Assembly: GCA_963817785.1 (NCBI GenBank)
Contig: CAWFPL010000004.1
Span: 29,309 to 93,308 of the forward strand
DNA length: 64,000 bases
From: an uncultured Pseudomonadota bacterium
GTDB taxonomy: Bacteria > Pseudomonadota > Gammaproteobacteria > Burkholderiales > SG8-39
Reading direction: 5' to 3'
Part shown: positions 28,399-46,068 of the stretch, in pieces
How positions within the stretch are numbered: the stretch's first letter is position 1
Layout: each line of letters starts with the position of its first letter
Program-made: the position numbers and the translations under genes
The notes under the pieces: model-generated
The model's input: only the letters and a program-made list of their open reading frames with translations
The model's database searches: none
What the model was told of the DNA's origin: nothing

Positions 28399-28474
28399 CG
28401 CTCAATCCCCGCTATACTGCGGCGCGCCGATCGCGCCCCGATGCTTCGTCTATGGCAATGCCGTCCGCGCGGCC

Positions 28475-28488
28475 TTGACCCACGTCAA
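28475..28488. promoter_or_regulatory. FixK/FNR-type box 1 in the divergent region between 28398 (-) and ppsA (+)
   Basis: TTGACCCACGTCAA. Confidence 0.55.
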
Positions 28489-28504
28489 TCCGCGCCCGCC
28501 AGGC

Positions 28505-28518
28505 TTGACATGCGTCAA
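28505..28518. promoter_or_regulatory. FixK/FNR-type box 2 in the same divergent region
   Basis: TTGACATGCGTCAA, 30 bp centre-to-centre from box 1. Confidence 0.55.
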
Positions 28519-28576
28519 TGAAGCGCCCCCCGGGCGCTGCGATCGTGCATGATGAGCCATTGGAGGAAGCAGCGCC

Positions 28577-31029
<2,453 letters not shown>

Positions 31030-31033
31030 CGCG

Positions 31034-31981
31034 GTGCCGGAGCCGCGCATCGCCACGCTGACGCTCAATCCTGCGCTCGACATCGCCACCTCGGCGCTGC
31101 TGGTGCGACCGACGCACAAGATCCGCACCTTCGGCGAGCACCTCGACCCCGGCGGCGGCGGCGTCAACGTCGCCCGCGCCGTGCACGTGCTGGGCGGCGC
31201 TGCGGAGGCGATCCTGCTCGCCGGCGGCACCACCGGCGCACTGGTCGCCGAACTGCTGGGCGAGCAGGGCGTGCCGCACCGGTGGTGCCGCTCGCGGGCC
31301 GCACGCGCATCAGCATGACGGTGGTGGAGCAGAACAGCGGCCTCGAATACCGCTTCGTGCCGGCCGGCCCGGAGGTGAGCGGGGCGGAGTGGCGCGCCGC
31401 CCTCGACCTGCTGGAAACCGTCGCGTGCGACTGGCTGGTGGCCAGCGGCAGCCTGCCGCCCGGCGTGCCGGCCGATGCCTATGTGCAGGTCGCGCGGATC
31501 GCCGCGCGCCGCGGCGTGCCGTTCGTGCTCGATACCTCCGGTGCGGCGTTGCAGGCGGCGCTCGGCAGCGGCATCGCGCTGCTCAAGCCCAGCCTCGGCG
31601 AGCTGGAGGCGCTGCTCGGCCGCCGGCTGCGCGATCCGGCGGAGCAGGAGGCGCAGGCGCGCGCACTGGTGCGCAATGGCGCCGCGCGCATGGTGGCGCT
31701 GACGCTCGGGCCGGAGGGGGCCGTGCTGGCAACCGCGGACGGACGTGCAGCGGCTGCGCCCCGTTCGGCGATGTGACCGCGCACAGCGCCGTCGGCGCTG
31801 GCGACAGCTTTCTCGGCGCGCGTAGTGCTGGCGCTGGCGCGCGGCGAGACCGCCGGCGCAGGCGCTGGCCTGGGGCATCGCCGCCGGCACCGTGGCGATC
31901 GGCGGCATCGGCACGGCGCGCCTGACCCGCGAGGCGGTGGAGGAACGCTACCGCGCGCTCGCACCGATCGCCGCTGCATGA
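31034..31981 (+). CDS. pfkB: PfkB-family sugar (phosphofructo)kinase, about 3 frame changes
   Basis: TLTLNPALDIATS..., GGGGVNVARAVHVLGG, WLVASGSLPPGVPADAY, VLDTSGAAL, LLKPSLGELEAL, AVGAGDSFLGA, then ...AAGTVAIGGIGTARLTREAVEERY. Confidence 0.75.
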
Positions 31982-31992
31982 AGGGGATTTCC

Positions 31993-32446
31993 ATGGCCCA
32001 TGACGGCAAGCTGCTCATCGTGATCGCCGACGGCGAGCACGCCCGGTTCGTCACCGTCGATCCCGGCGGGGTGATGCACACCCTGTCGTCGATGGACTCC
32101 GCCACGGCGCACAAGCGCACCTCGGACCTCGGCAGCGATCATCCGGGTGCCGCGTACCACAGCGATTCCACCGCGCATCACGCGCTGCAGCCGCGCCACG
32201 ACCCGCACGCGCTGGCGGAGGCGGAGTTCGCGCATCTGGTGGCGGGCGAGATCGAGGCCGCATTCCCGCGCGGCGGCTTCGAGCCGGCTGGTGCTGACGG
32301 CGCCGCCGCGCACGCTCAACGCCATCCGCGACAAGCTCGGCGCCGACGTCGCCAAGGCGATCGTCGGCACGCTCGGCAAGGACCTGGTGAAGCTGCCCGA
32401 CGACGCCGTCATGCCGCATCTGCGGCAATGGCTGCGACCCGCCTGA
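31993..32446 (+). CDS. Host-attachment-protein family protein (frame change near 32285)
   Basis: MAHDGKLLIVIADGEHARFVTVD...HSDSTAHHALQPRHDPHALAEAEFAHLVAGEI, then LVLTAPPRTLNAIRDKLGADVAKAIVGTLGKDLVKLPDDAVMPHLRQWL. Confidence 0.6.
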
Positions 32447-32453
32447 CGCGCGC

Positions 32454-32467
32454 TTGACCTGCATCAA
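32454..32467 (+). promoter_or_regulatory. FixK/FNR-type box upstream of the gltD-like/PFOR/DHOD-like unit
   Basis: TTGACCTGCATCAA, 61 bp upstream of the start at 32528. Confidence 0.55.
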
Positions 32468-32527
32468 GGCCGTGCCGGCGGCCGCGCCGTAGCAACGTCT
32501 GCCGATACAGGATGACGGAGCCGCGCG

Positions 32528-37806
<5,279 letters not shown>

Positions 37807-37807
<1 letters not shown>

Positions 37808-38804
37808 TGGACCTCACCACGCGCTATCTCGGCCTCGACCTGCGCAATCCGCTGGTGGCCTCGGCCTCGCCGCTCGACGCTCGACCTCGGCACCATCCGC
37901 GCGCTGGAGGATGCCGGCGCCGCGCGCCGTGGTGCTGCCGTCGATCTTCGAGGAGCAGATCGAGCGCGAGGAGGAGGAGCTCGACCGCATGCTCGGCGCC
38001 GGCGCCGACAGCTTCCCCGAGGCGCTCGGCTACTTCCCGCCGAGCGCCGAGTACCGCACCGGCACGCGAGCAGTATCTCGAAACCATCGGCGCGCGCGCG
38101 CCGCGCCGTCGACATCCCGGTGATCGCCAGCCTCAACGGCGTCACGCGAGGCGGGCTGGATCGACTATGCGCGGCTGTTGCAGCAGGCCGGCGCCAGCGC
38201 GATCGAGCTCAACGTGTTCTTCCTCCCCTCCGACCTCACGCTCAGCGCGGCGCAGGTCGAGGACGCGCTACGTGGCGATCCTGCGCGCGGTGCGCGCGGC
38301 GGTGACGATCCCGGTCGCGGTCAAGCTCAGCCCGTTCTTCACCGCGCCCGGCCATCTGGTGCGCCGGCTGGAGGCCGCCGGCGCGGACGGCCTCGTGCTG
38401 TTCAACCGCTTCTACCAGCCCGACATCGACCTCGCCGCGCTGCGGCTGCAACGCGACGTGCAGCTCAGCACGAAGGCGGAAATCCGCCTGCCGCTGCTCT
38501 GGATCGGCATCCTTGCCGGCAAGCTGCACGCCTCGCTCGCCGCCTCGCACCGGCGTCGAGACGGCCGAGGAGGTGGTCAAGTACCTGCTGGTCGGCGCCG
38601 ACGTGGTGATGACCACCTCGGCGCTGCTGCGCCACGGGCCGGCGCATATGCGGCGTGCTGCTCGACGGGCTGCGCGCCTGGCTGGATGCGCGCGGCGTCA
38701 GCCCCGCCGAGATCCGCGGCCGGATGAGCGAGGCGCGGGTGCGCGATCCGGCGGCGTTCGAGCGCGCCAACTACATCCGCATCCTGCAAGGCTGGCACGG
38801 ATAG
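37807..38804 (+). CDS. Dihydroorotate-dehydrogenase-like protein (PFOR-associated), frame changes
   Basis: ATG overlaps the upstream TGA (TGATG). MDLTTRYLGLDLRNPLVASASPL, VVLPSIFEEQIEREEEELD, IELNVFFLP, TIPVAVKLSPFFTAPGHLVRRLEAAGADGLVLFNRFYQPDIDL, ...ERANYIRILQGWHG*. Confidence 0.75.
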
Positions 38805-38933
38805 CGCGTCAGCCTATCCCGCCCTTCGTTGCGTATCGCAACGGAGGACATGGCACAGGCCGCCGGCGAGCCGCTGCGGCATGATCGACGACGCGCCCGC
38901 TGACCGAATTGATTTGGTGGAAGGAGACGGAAT

Positions 38934-41729
38934 GTGCTCTCTATCGCATTATTCAGCGATAGAGAATGTATCGATATGACATCGTACACCGTCTCGGCCG
39001 GACAGACGGACAGCGGCGTCACGCTGAATGCGGGCGACGTGATGACGGTGCAGGCCGGCGGCTCGGCCGTCAACGTCGTGGTCAACGGCGGCGCAAGCCT
39101 GCTGGACAGCGGCACCGCCATCGGAACGGTGATCACTGGAAGCATCAACAACGACACGACCGGCAGCCTCACGGTCTATGCGGGCGGTGTCGCGAGCGGC
39201 ACCGTCGTCGGCGGCGGAACGACCTTATACTCCAACTCCCTTGCGGTCGAAACCGTCCTGTCCGGCGGCATCGCGGTCGCGAATTCCGTGGGCGCGGAGG
39301 GCGAACTGATCGTCTCCTCCGGCGCGTCAATGACCGGAACATCGGCCGGCTTCGGCGGCGCTATCGCCCTGGACGGCATGGCACCGGCACGACACTTTAC
39401 ATCGCAACGGAAGCCGTGCAGTCGGGCGGCGTCGAGTCGGGCACGACGATCGAATACGGCGCCGCGCAGGCGGTCGGCGTCGGCGGCGTCGCATCCGGCG
39501 CCTCGGTCGCGGTCGGGGGTGGGCAGGCGGTGGACGCCGGCGGCGTCATCAGCAACACGGTCGTCAACGGCGGTCTGCTGACCGTGAATTCCGGCGGTAC
39601 CGCGGTCGGCGCCGTGCTGTCGCAGGGGTCGGCGCTGGTGTATGGCACGGCGCGCGGGCTGGTGCTTGACGCCGGCGTCACCGCGACGCTGGGCGTCGGC
39701 GGCGTGACCACCGGCACCACCGTCAACAGCGGCGCCACCGAGCGCATCTCCTCCGGCGGCGTCGCGAGCGGCACCACGGTGAGTTCCGGCGGGACGGAGG
39801 CGATCTACTACGGCGGCTCCGCCGTCGGCACCACGTCCAGCACCGGCGCGGTCATCTATCAGCCGATCAACGTCGTCGTGTCCGCCGGCGTCACCAGCAG
39901 CGGCGTCGTCATCACCAACGGCAGCGCGGCGGTGGTGCTGTCCGGCGGCACGATCAGCGCGCTCACCGTCAGCAGCGGCGGCAACGAATACGTCGCGGCC
40001 GGCGGCAGCGCGGTGGCGACGCATCGTCCTCGGCGGTGGCGCGCCAACATCTACGGCACCGAGATCGACGCCAGCCTGACCGGCGCGCCGGCCCCCTCCG
40101 GCACGAGCACCCCGCTGCTCGCCAGCGAATACGTCAACGCGGGCGGCGTGGTGCGCGGGGCGACGCTGTCCAGCGGCGCGACCATCACCGTCAGCTCCGG
40201 CGGCGCGGCGAGCGACACCACGGTCGGCAACGATCTGTTCGGCCAGTTGCTCATCTACGGCGGCGGTTCGGCGGTTGCCACGACGGTGCTCGGCGGCGGC
40301 GAGGAGCAGATCGCGGGCGGCGTCGCGAGCCTCGATGTCGTCAGTTCGGGCGGCCTGCAATTGCTCGACGGCACCGCCAATGGGTCGGCGGTGAGCGCGA
40401 CGGTCAGCAGCGGCGGCACGCAGCAGGTTGACGGGCGGCACCGCGATCGACACCGTCGTGAGCGGCGGCGGTTCCCTGGCGCTCGGGTTCGACTTCGCCG
40501 CCAATTTGGGATCGTCGCTCGACGCCGTGGTGCTGAGCGGCGGCAGCGAAACCGTCTCGGGCGGCACCGCCGTCGGCACCGTCGTCAGCAGCGGCGGCAG
40601 CATCAGCGCCCGGTACGGGTTGAGCCTTGTGGGCGCTGGCCTTAGCGCCGGCATCACATCCGCGACGCGCGTCGAAAGCGGTGCGATGCTGGCCGTGGGT
40701 ATGCTCGGCTCCTCGGTGAACGACGTGGTCGCGGCCGGCGGCAGCGCGACCGTCTCGGTTGGTGGTTTCGTCAGCGGCATGGCGCTCAGCGGCACGCTGG
40801 TCGCGAACCTGGGATTCGCCCGCGATGTCACCGTGTATTCCGGCGGGGCGATGTCGCTGACCGACGGGGCGTCGGCCAGCGCGACCACGGTCAGCAGCGG
40901 CGGCGTGCTCGACTTGATCTCCGGCTCCGGCGGCTCATCGGGGAACTACGCCTCGGTGGCCTACGGCAGCGTGCTTGCCGGGGGCACCGCCTTCCTCGGC
41001 CTGAGCGCCACCACCACCGGCACGACGATCAGCGCCGGCGGCGCGGAGGTGATTTCCGCCGGCGGCACCGCCGCCAGCGCGACCGTGAGCGCCGGCGGCA
41101 GCGAGGTCGTTGGCGCCGGCGGCTCCGCCACCGCGGCCACGGTCGATGCCGGCGGCACCGCGATCGTCTCCTCCGGCGGCGTGCTCACCAACGCCACGGT
41201 GACGTCCGGCGGCGTCGAGGTCGTCGCCGCCGGCGGCTCGGCCAGCTTCACCACGCTCGCCGTCGGCGGCGTCATCGACCTGCCGCAACTGGCCTTCGTC
41301 GCCGGCGGGTCGGCCAGCATTTCCCCGGCCGGCCTGCTGACCGTGACCGAGGGCAGCGCCAGCTACACGCAGCAGCTCGCGCCGAGCGATGCGGCACTGT
41401 CGTTCCTGGCCGCGCCCGATGCCGGCAGCGGCACGCGCATCTATGCGGTGCCGGCCGGCGACACGATCGTCGGCGCGGCGGCGATCACGCTCGACAGCGC
41501 AAGCCCGCTGGTCTTCCCCAACGTGCATATCGGCACGGCGGAGTCGCAGACGGTCCGGATCGGCAATGGGGCGGCGGCGCCGGCGGGCGGCCTCGATGTC
41601 GCGCCGACCGCCTCGGGCAACGCCACCGTGCGCGGCACCATCGCCGACCTCATTGCCGGCGCCATCAACTCGACCGACATCACGGTCGGCCTCGACACCT
41701 CGGCGGCCGGCGCGCGCACCGGCACGGTC
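38934..41729 (+). CDS. Large glycine/serine/threonine-rich repeat protein (autotransporter-passenger/adhesin-like), frame changes, 3' end cut at the 41730 joint
   Basis: GGAAGGAGA precedes GTG 38934; ATG 38976 is an alternative start. YTVSAGQTDSGVTLNAGDVMTVQAGGSAVNVVVNGGAS is followed by dozens of degenerate SGG(T/S)A.GT.V.SGG.. units through 41720. The antisense 570-aa and 426-aa ORFs are mirror artefacts. Confidence 0.65.
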
Positions 41730-42215
41730 AGGGAAGCATTGTACTGGGCCTTCTAGATATACTTTCTGACAAACCCAAAACTCCATATATTCTGAAGCTA
41801 GGAAAGCCTCAATATCAACAGGCGCAGCGTCAGCATTAAGATAAAAGCCCAGTCCAGTACAATTAAACCATTGAGGATCTGACAATCTACTAACTTGATC
41901 CAAGTTAGTGTCAACCTTAGTCTTAACACCTGCTCCAATCGGCGCTACAAACAACCTAATCAAGTTAGGGAGAGTAGCCAAAGGCGCAAACGTAATCCGA
42001 TCATACAGCATCCAATTAACAATGTCTGCTGTATTAGGCTGAATAGGATTCTTATGAAAGATCCTATTCCTTGCGACCTTCAATCCTTCAGTAAGTGAAA
42101 AAGCAGGACCAATCTTACCAGTCTTCCCCTTGCTATTGACTCCCAAATCTCGAAAGTCAATCCCTAACGGAAGTCCTTTCTTAACCGCGTCAACAATCGT
42201 TCCAATTCTACTCAT
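41730..42215 (-). CDS. Virion structural (major-capsid-like?) protein, N-terminal ~160 aa only
   Basis: MSRIGTIVDAVKKGLPLGIDF...LIRLFVAPIGAGVKTKVDTNLDQVSRLSDPQWFNCTGLGFYLN...EFWVCQKVYLEGPVQCFP. Codon style switches from AT-rich to GC-rich at ~41730. The remainder of track ORF 40935..42215 is read-through into block B. The capsid call rests on weak memory of similar motifs. Confidence 0.3.
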
Positions 42216-42360
42216 TTTCTTTATCCTTTAACCTCTTTTTCCTCAAATACGTTTTTGTCTAGGTCATTTACCAAATAACTTACCTACAGGTTTCAGTAAG
42301 TGACTTAGTAAATGATTCCTTTTTCTTTAACATGAGAGTTAGATTATGGAATGATTCTAT

Positions 42361-43440
42361 CTATCGAACCCTTCCCCCACGTCTAACACTCTGCAAAGCT
42401 CCCATACCTGCCCCCGCTGGAGGGATATAAGCAGCAGGAACAAATCCAGGTCTTACAAACGTTCCCATGCTTCCAGGCTGATTAACTAATGGAACCGCGA
42501 AACCCTGAGTAGGGGAAATAATCCCCATACCCCTAAGTCCCAATGTTCCACTAATAGAAGGAATAAAATCATTCAAGACTTTGATCGCTAAGTAAACCAA
42601 TCCACCTACTACCATGTTATCTCCAACAGTAGATGACTTAGCTACCTTACCGATCAATTTACCTTGAGCAACTGCAACAATCCCAATAGAGAAGTATCCT
42701 AGGATTCCTGTCTGTAACGAAGCAGGTAAAAAGTCACTAACTAGCTTGGTGACTGTTGCGCCACCAATGATAGCTAGGACTTTAGTAGCAGTCCCACCAA
42801 ACATCCCACCTACTCTCTTTTCTCCTTCTCCTCCTGGATTCCGGTGATAGCGCCTACGCCGAGGATTCCCATAGAGATACCTTCCGCGCCGCACCTGCTT
42901 AATATAAGGAGGGTTGCGCCGGTGAGTCCTACGCCGATGGTATACCCTATGACTTGTAGCAGGGTTATGCCGCCGATATCGCCTGTGCCTCCGAGGTCCA
43001 GGCTCATTACTCCGCCGTTTCCGTCTATGTGCTGCCATTTTACTAAATACTCCTTTCATGCTAAATGGATTGATAACAACCACACGTTTTCCACGATTAG
43101 CGTGTCTACGTGCAGTAACTCGTTTGCGTCTACTATGTCTAGATCCTGGATTACCAGAAACTCCAGCAGGAAACACGGTAAGGATAGAACCTACATTCCT
43201 CTTACGTTTAGGTCTAGCTGTCCTAATTCCATGCCTTCTAAGCAACCTAGTAGCTTTCTTGTAACTAGCTAACTTAGCTACAGAAAACTTCCTGCTACCT
43301 CTAGGAGGATTACGTCTCCCTCCTCTCCTCTTCATAGCTACCCTTTGACGTTTAGATCCAAAGAATAGTTTCTGCAAAGGAGAAAGCTTCCTACGTCTTC
43401 CAGGATTAACTAATCTTCGAGTTTTGGTTACTGTTGCCAT
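42361..43440 (-). CDS. Hyperbasic Arg-rich protein with hydrophobic Gly-rich C-terminal half
   Basis: 359 aa. The first ~200 aa are dominated by R/K runs punctuated by NP (VNPGRRRK, RRNPPRG, GNPGSRHSRRKR, RHNPATSH, RRNPPY, GNPRRRRYHRNPGG). The C-terminal ~150 aa carry 2-3 membrane-like segments (VLAIIGGATV, ILGYFSIGIVAVA, VVGGLVYLAI). Confidence 0.6.
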   Translation of the reverse strand: MATVTKTRRLVNPGRRRKLSPLQKLFFGSKRQRVAMKRRGGRRNPPRGSRKFSVAKLASYKKATRLLRRHGIRTARPKRKRNVGSILTVFPAGVSGNPGSRHSRRKRVTARRHANRGKRVVVINPFSMKGVFSKMAAHRRKRRSNEPGPRRHRRYRRHNPATSHRVYHRRRTHRRNPPYIKQVRRGRYLYGNPRRRRYHRNPGGEGEKRVGGMFGGTATKVLAIIGGATVTKLVSDFLPASLQTGILGYFSIGIVAVAQGKLIGKVAKSSTVGDNMVVGGLVYLAIKVLNDFIPSISGTLGLRGMGIISPTQGFAVPLVNQPGSMGTFVRPGFVPAAYIPPAGAGMGALQSVRRGGRVR

Positions 43441-43519
43441 TGATTAGTTACTTTATACCTCCTTTCCCAACATTTCTATTACAATTACCAAATATCTATA
43501 GATCAAGGATCACCCCCTT

Positions 43520-43888
43520 TTATCTCTTAAATTTCCTCTTAGACTTAATTGGTTTGAATCCCCATCTACTTCCGGGGGATCTCATAAGCCTTCTATAACC
43601 TGTCCCTACCTTCTTAGCAGCTTTCTTAGTCTTCCTAATCGAAGGATTACTTACTGATCTCTTCCTAATCGAAACACTCCCATTCCTATTAAACTTCACG
43701 GCTGTAGCAGGAATCCATTTTTCTTTAGGAACAGAAGAAGGATTATGCTTCACTTCCTCAACATATATTTCACCAAGATATTTCCTATAAGGCTGAGGAG
43801 CTTTTCTTTTAGCTGCTTTCATTGTCTTAGCTTGAACAGTAGCTATTTTCTGTCCTGTAGGCCCCCAAAATACATTATAAGTTTTCAT
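43520..43888 (-). CDS. small basic protein (122 aa)
   Basis: Intact, Lys/Arg-rich (KAAKRKAPQPYRK..., RKTKKAAKK, KSKRKFKR). Confidence 0.55.
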   Translation of the reverse strand: MKTYNVFWGPTGQKIATVQAKTMKAAKRKAPQPYRKYLGEIYVEEVKHNPSSVPKEKWIPATAVKFNRNGSVSIRKRSVSNPSIRKTKKAAKKVGTGYRRLMRSPGSRWGFKPIKSKRKFKR

Positions 43889-43904
43889 ATTAATTCTTTA
43901 ATCC

Positions 43905-44711
43905 CTAATTCCTAATCCCAACATCCTCAATCTTATAACTTCCCCCAACTAACAATAACTTCTTATCTCTCACCACATACACCAACAAAGGCAAATCTCC
44001 CCCGTCTTCCCCAAACTCATGCTCATACTCCACAACTTCCCCGTTACTATCATCCAAATGATGTTTGTCTGTAGAATAAACAATAGATTCAACTAATCCA
44101 ATCGGTATAATTCTCTTCCCTTGATAAGTAACAGGAGCAAAATCTTTCTCTGATAAATCTAGTGATTGATCTCCACCAATAATCTCTAAATTTTCCCCCT
44201 CAACATCACAAACTAACTTAGGCAAGTCACTTTCAGAGATATGTTTATTATCAGATTCATCAAACGAGATAGTTTTCTCAGTCCTACCCTTTTCATCAGC
44301 CAAAACATTCAATTCTATCAAATCTCCTAAAATAACTCCATCCTCATCATATGATTCCTCCTCAGTAATCTCTATAGCTTCAATAGGATCTCTCCCATGA
44401 AATTTCTTGGAGAAATCTTCTGCTTTCTCCGAGTCACCATGAATCATATATTGCTGAGGATCTAGATTCTTTTTTCTAGCTAGATTATTACTATTCTTAT
44501 TTCTTTTCCTAGCTAACTCCTTAGCAAACTTACTTCTATCCCTCTTTGGAGTCTTTCTAATCATCTCCTCAGCCAATTTCCTACTTACATTAGTAGTCTC
44601 TCTCTCTACCCCACTCGCAATAGCTTGCATCAATCCATATTGTTCTGCACTAACAATAGGATTCCTATACTTTTTCAAATCAGCAATAGGATCAAGTCTA
44701 GCTCTACTCAT
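43905..44711 (-). CDS. hypothetical phage-like protein (268 aa, basic N-terminus, acidic beta-rich C-terminus)
   Basis: Intact. KFHGRDPIEAIEI....LGDLIELNVL...YEHEFGEDGGDLPLLVYVVRDKKLLLVGGSYKIEDVGIRN. The family is not recognised with confidence. Confidence 0.55.
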   Translation of the reverse strand: MSRARLDPIADLKKYRNPIVSAEQYGLMQAIASGVERETTNVSRKLAEEMIRKTPKRDRSKFAKELARKRNKNSNNLARKKNLDPQQYMIHGDSEKAEDFSKKFHGRDPIEAIEITEEESYDEDGVILGDLIELNVLADEKGRTEKTISFDESDNKHISESDLPKLVCDVEGENLEIIGGDQSLDLSEKDFAPVTYQGKRIIPIGLVESIVYSTDKHHLDDSNGEVVEYEHEFGEDGGDLPLLVYVVRDKKLLLVGGSYKIEDVGIRN

Positions 44712-44715
44712 CTTA

Positions 44716-45291
44716 CTAACTCCTAAACATCATAGCCACAACTCCAGCAACCACTATCCCCACAACAGCAGCAATCAAATAATCATTCTCATTCCCTACA
44801 CTCAAATTCAAAAATCCTTCTTCACCGGAACTACCAATACTATCACTAGAAATACCATTACTAGAAATACTACTATCTCCACTACTTGTCCCAACTCCAC
44901 CAAAAACTCCCAAAGACTCATCTGCTCCAACTCCTGTCTGATTACTTACATAATCTAAATAATTACTAGTAGGGTTATTATCACTCGGAGGAGCATACTT
45001 ATAAATAAACTCTCTAAGCGTTAATCCTCTTGATTGATCTAACCCAATTTGGCGTTGTAGTGCATTCCATCCTTCTTGAGGAGAGTCAAATATAGCATAT
45101 CCACTTTTATCTGTCCCTGTCTGATTAGGCGCATAGCGTAAGTTACCAGGATTATTATTTCTCTGAGCTATTGATCCTGATTTATTAAATCCCTCAAATT
45201 GAGCTATAGCTTGCATCAAAGAATCAACACTAAAAGTCATATCATTTACCTTAAGCTCTACTTTATTCGACCTAACCTTGTAGTGCATCAT
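44716..45291 (-). CDS. Putative cell-wall-active (lysis/virion-associated) protein with C-terminal membrane anchor
   Basis: FEGFNKSGSIAQRNNNPGNLRYAP...GYAIFDSPQEGWNALQRQI....GLTLREFIYKYAPPSDNNPTSNYLDYV. I recall this NNPGN(L/I)R...YAP..DNN signature from phage peptidoglycan-related proteins. A Ser/Gly linker and a TM follow (LIAAVVGIVVAGVVAMMF). Confidence 0.45.
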   Translation of the reverse strand: MMHYKVRSNKVELKVNDMTFSVDSLMQAIAQFEGFNKSGSIAQRNNNPGNLRYAPNQTGTDKSGYAIFDSPQEGWNALQRQIGLDQSRGLTLREFIYKYAPPSDNNPTSNYLDYVSNQTGVGADESLGVFGGVGTSSGDSSISSNGISSDSIGSSGEEGFLNLSVGNENDYLIAAVVGIVVAGVVAMMFRS

Positions 45292-45542
45292 TCCCCAACA
45301 GGATGACTCCTACTTACTATCCCTCTCTCCAAAAATGGGCAATCATTCTTATTACACTCTATCCTATTCTGCCACCAATCATACAAAGTCTGCAAATTAG
45401 TTTCCAACTTAGCAATCTTAATACTCAACCTATTATAAACAGCAAAAGCAGCAACCAAAAATGATACAACCTGTATCATCTCCCCTGCTGTAATTGTTCC
45501 CTCCAAGTGAATAACCAAAAATCCTAATGATATAGTTATCAT
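45288..45542 (-). CDS. small membrane protein (start uncertain; track ORF extends to 45662)
   Basis: MITISLGFLVIHL...VVSFLVAAFAVY then LETNLQTLYDWWQNRIECNKNDCPF. The stop overlaps the next start (ATGA). Confidence 0.45.
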   Translation of the reverse strand: MITISLGFLVIHLEGTITAGEMIQVVSFLVAAFAVYNRLSIKIAKLETNLQTLYDWWQNRIECNKNDCPFLERGIVSRSHPVGE

Positions 45543-45564
45543 GATTCCTATGCCTAGATTCTTT

Positions 45565-45873
45565 CTACTTATCAACTTCAATCTTCTTACTCTTTGGATC
45601 ATAAGCCACACTAGCTGGTGTCCCATCAGGGTTAACATTCCCCGCAAAATTATGTACAACAACTTGTATAATACTAATCCCAGTAGCTACAATAACCTTA
45701 ACCTTTCCACTAGCTAACGGTTCTACTAGATTTAATATTTGTAATACACATAAAACAATCTGCCAAAACCTACTCATTGTCAAAGTCATACTCGATAACT
45801 CCTTTATCTTATCTATATAAGGCTTTGCCTTAAAGTAAAACTTGATCCATCTTGCTGTAGTTATTAGTCCCAT
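45565..45873 (-). CDS. small membrane protein (102 aa, 2 TM; holin-like size)
   Basis: FWQIVLCVLQILNLV and VKVIVATGISIIQVVV hydrophobic segments. Confidence 0.5.
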   Translation of the reverse strand: MGLITTARWIKFYFKAKPYIDKIKELSSMTLTMSRFWQIVLCVLQILNLVEPLASGKVKVIVATGISIIQVVVHNFAGNVNPDGTPASVAYDPKSKKIEVDK

Positions 45874-46064
45874 ACATCCCCATCTATATCAGACTCTTTA
45901 ACCAAAAAAGGTATATCATTCCCATCTACATAAACATCATACAAATTTTCATTAGTTATCTCATCTACTCTACTTCTATGGCCTATAACTCCAGTTAGCC
46001 AAGCATTCTCTATCTTGACTAACACTTTCTGCCTATTCTCAAATTTAATTATATTACCACTCAT
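45864..46064 (-). CDS. small hypothetical protein
   Basis: Internal ATG (MSGNIIKFENRQKVLVKIENAWLTG...), just after the upstream stop at 46069. Confidence 0.45.
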   Translation of the reverse strand: MSGNIIKFENRQKVLVKIENAWLTGVIGHRSRVDEITNENLYDVYVDGNDIPFLVKESDIDGDVWD

Positions 46065-46068
46065 AAAT

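Noticed and set aside
39176-40888. 570-aa minus-strand ORF antisense to the adhesin gene
   Set aside because: It is a mirror ORF. The + strand shows the periodic SGG..A.GT.V repeat typical of adhesin passengers, while the minus frame is R/A/G noise.
38976-41729. Repetitive DNA of the adhesin gene as a possible CRISPR or tandem-repeat array
   Set aside because: The repeats are degenerate at DNA level, coding, and of variable spacing. There is no repeat-spacer architecture, and no cas genes occur anywhere in the window.
40935-42215. 426-aa ORF that appears to be a large phage protein
   Set aside because: Only the first ~160 codons (42215 down to ~41730) have AT-rich viral codon usage. The rest is read-through into the antisense of the GC-rich adhesin gene across a sequence joint.
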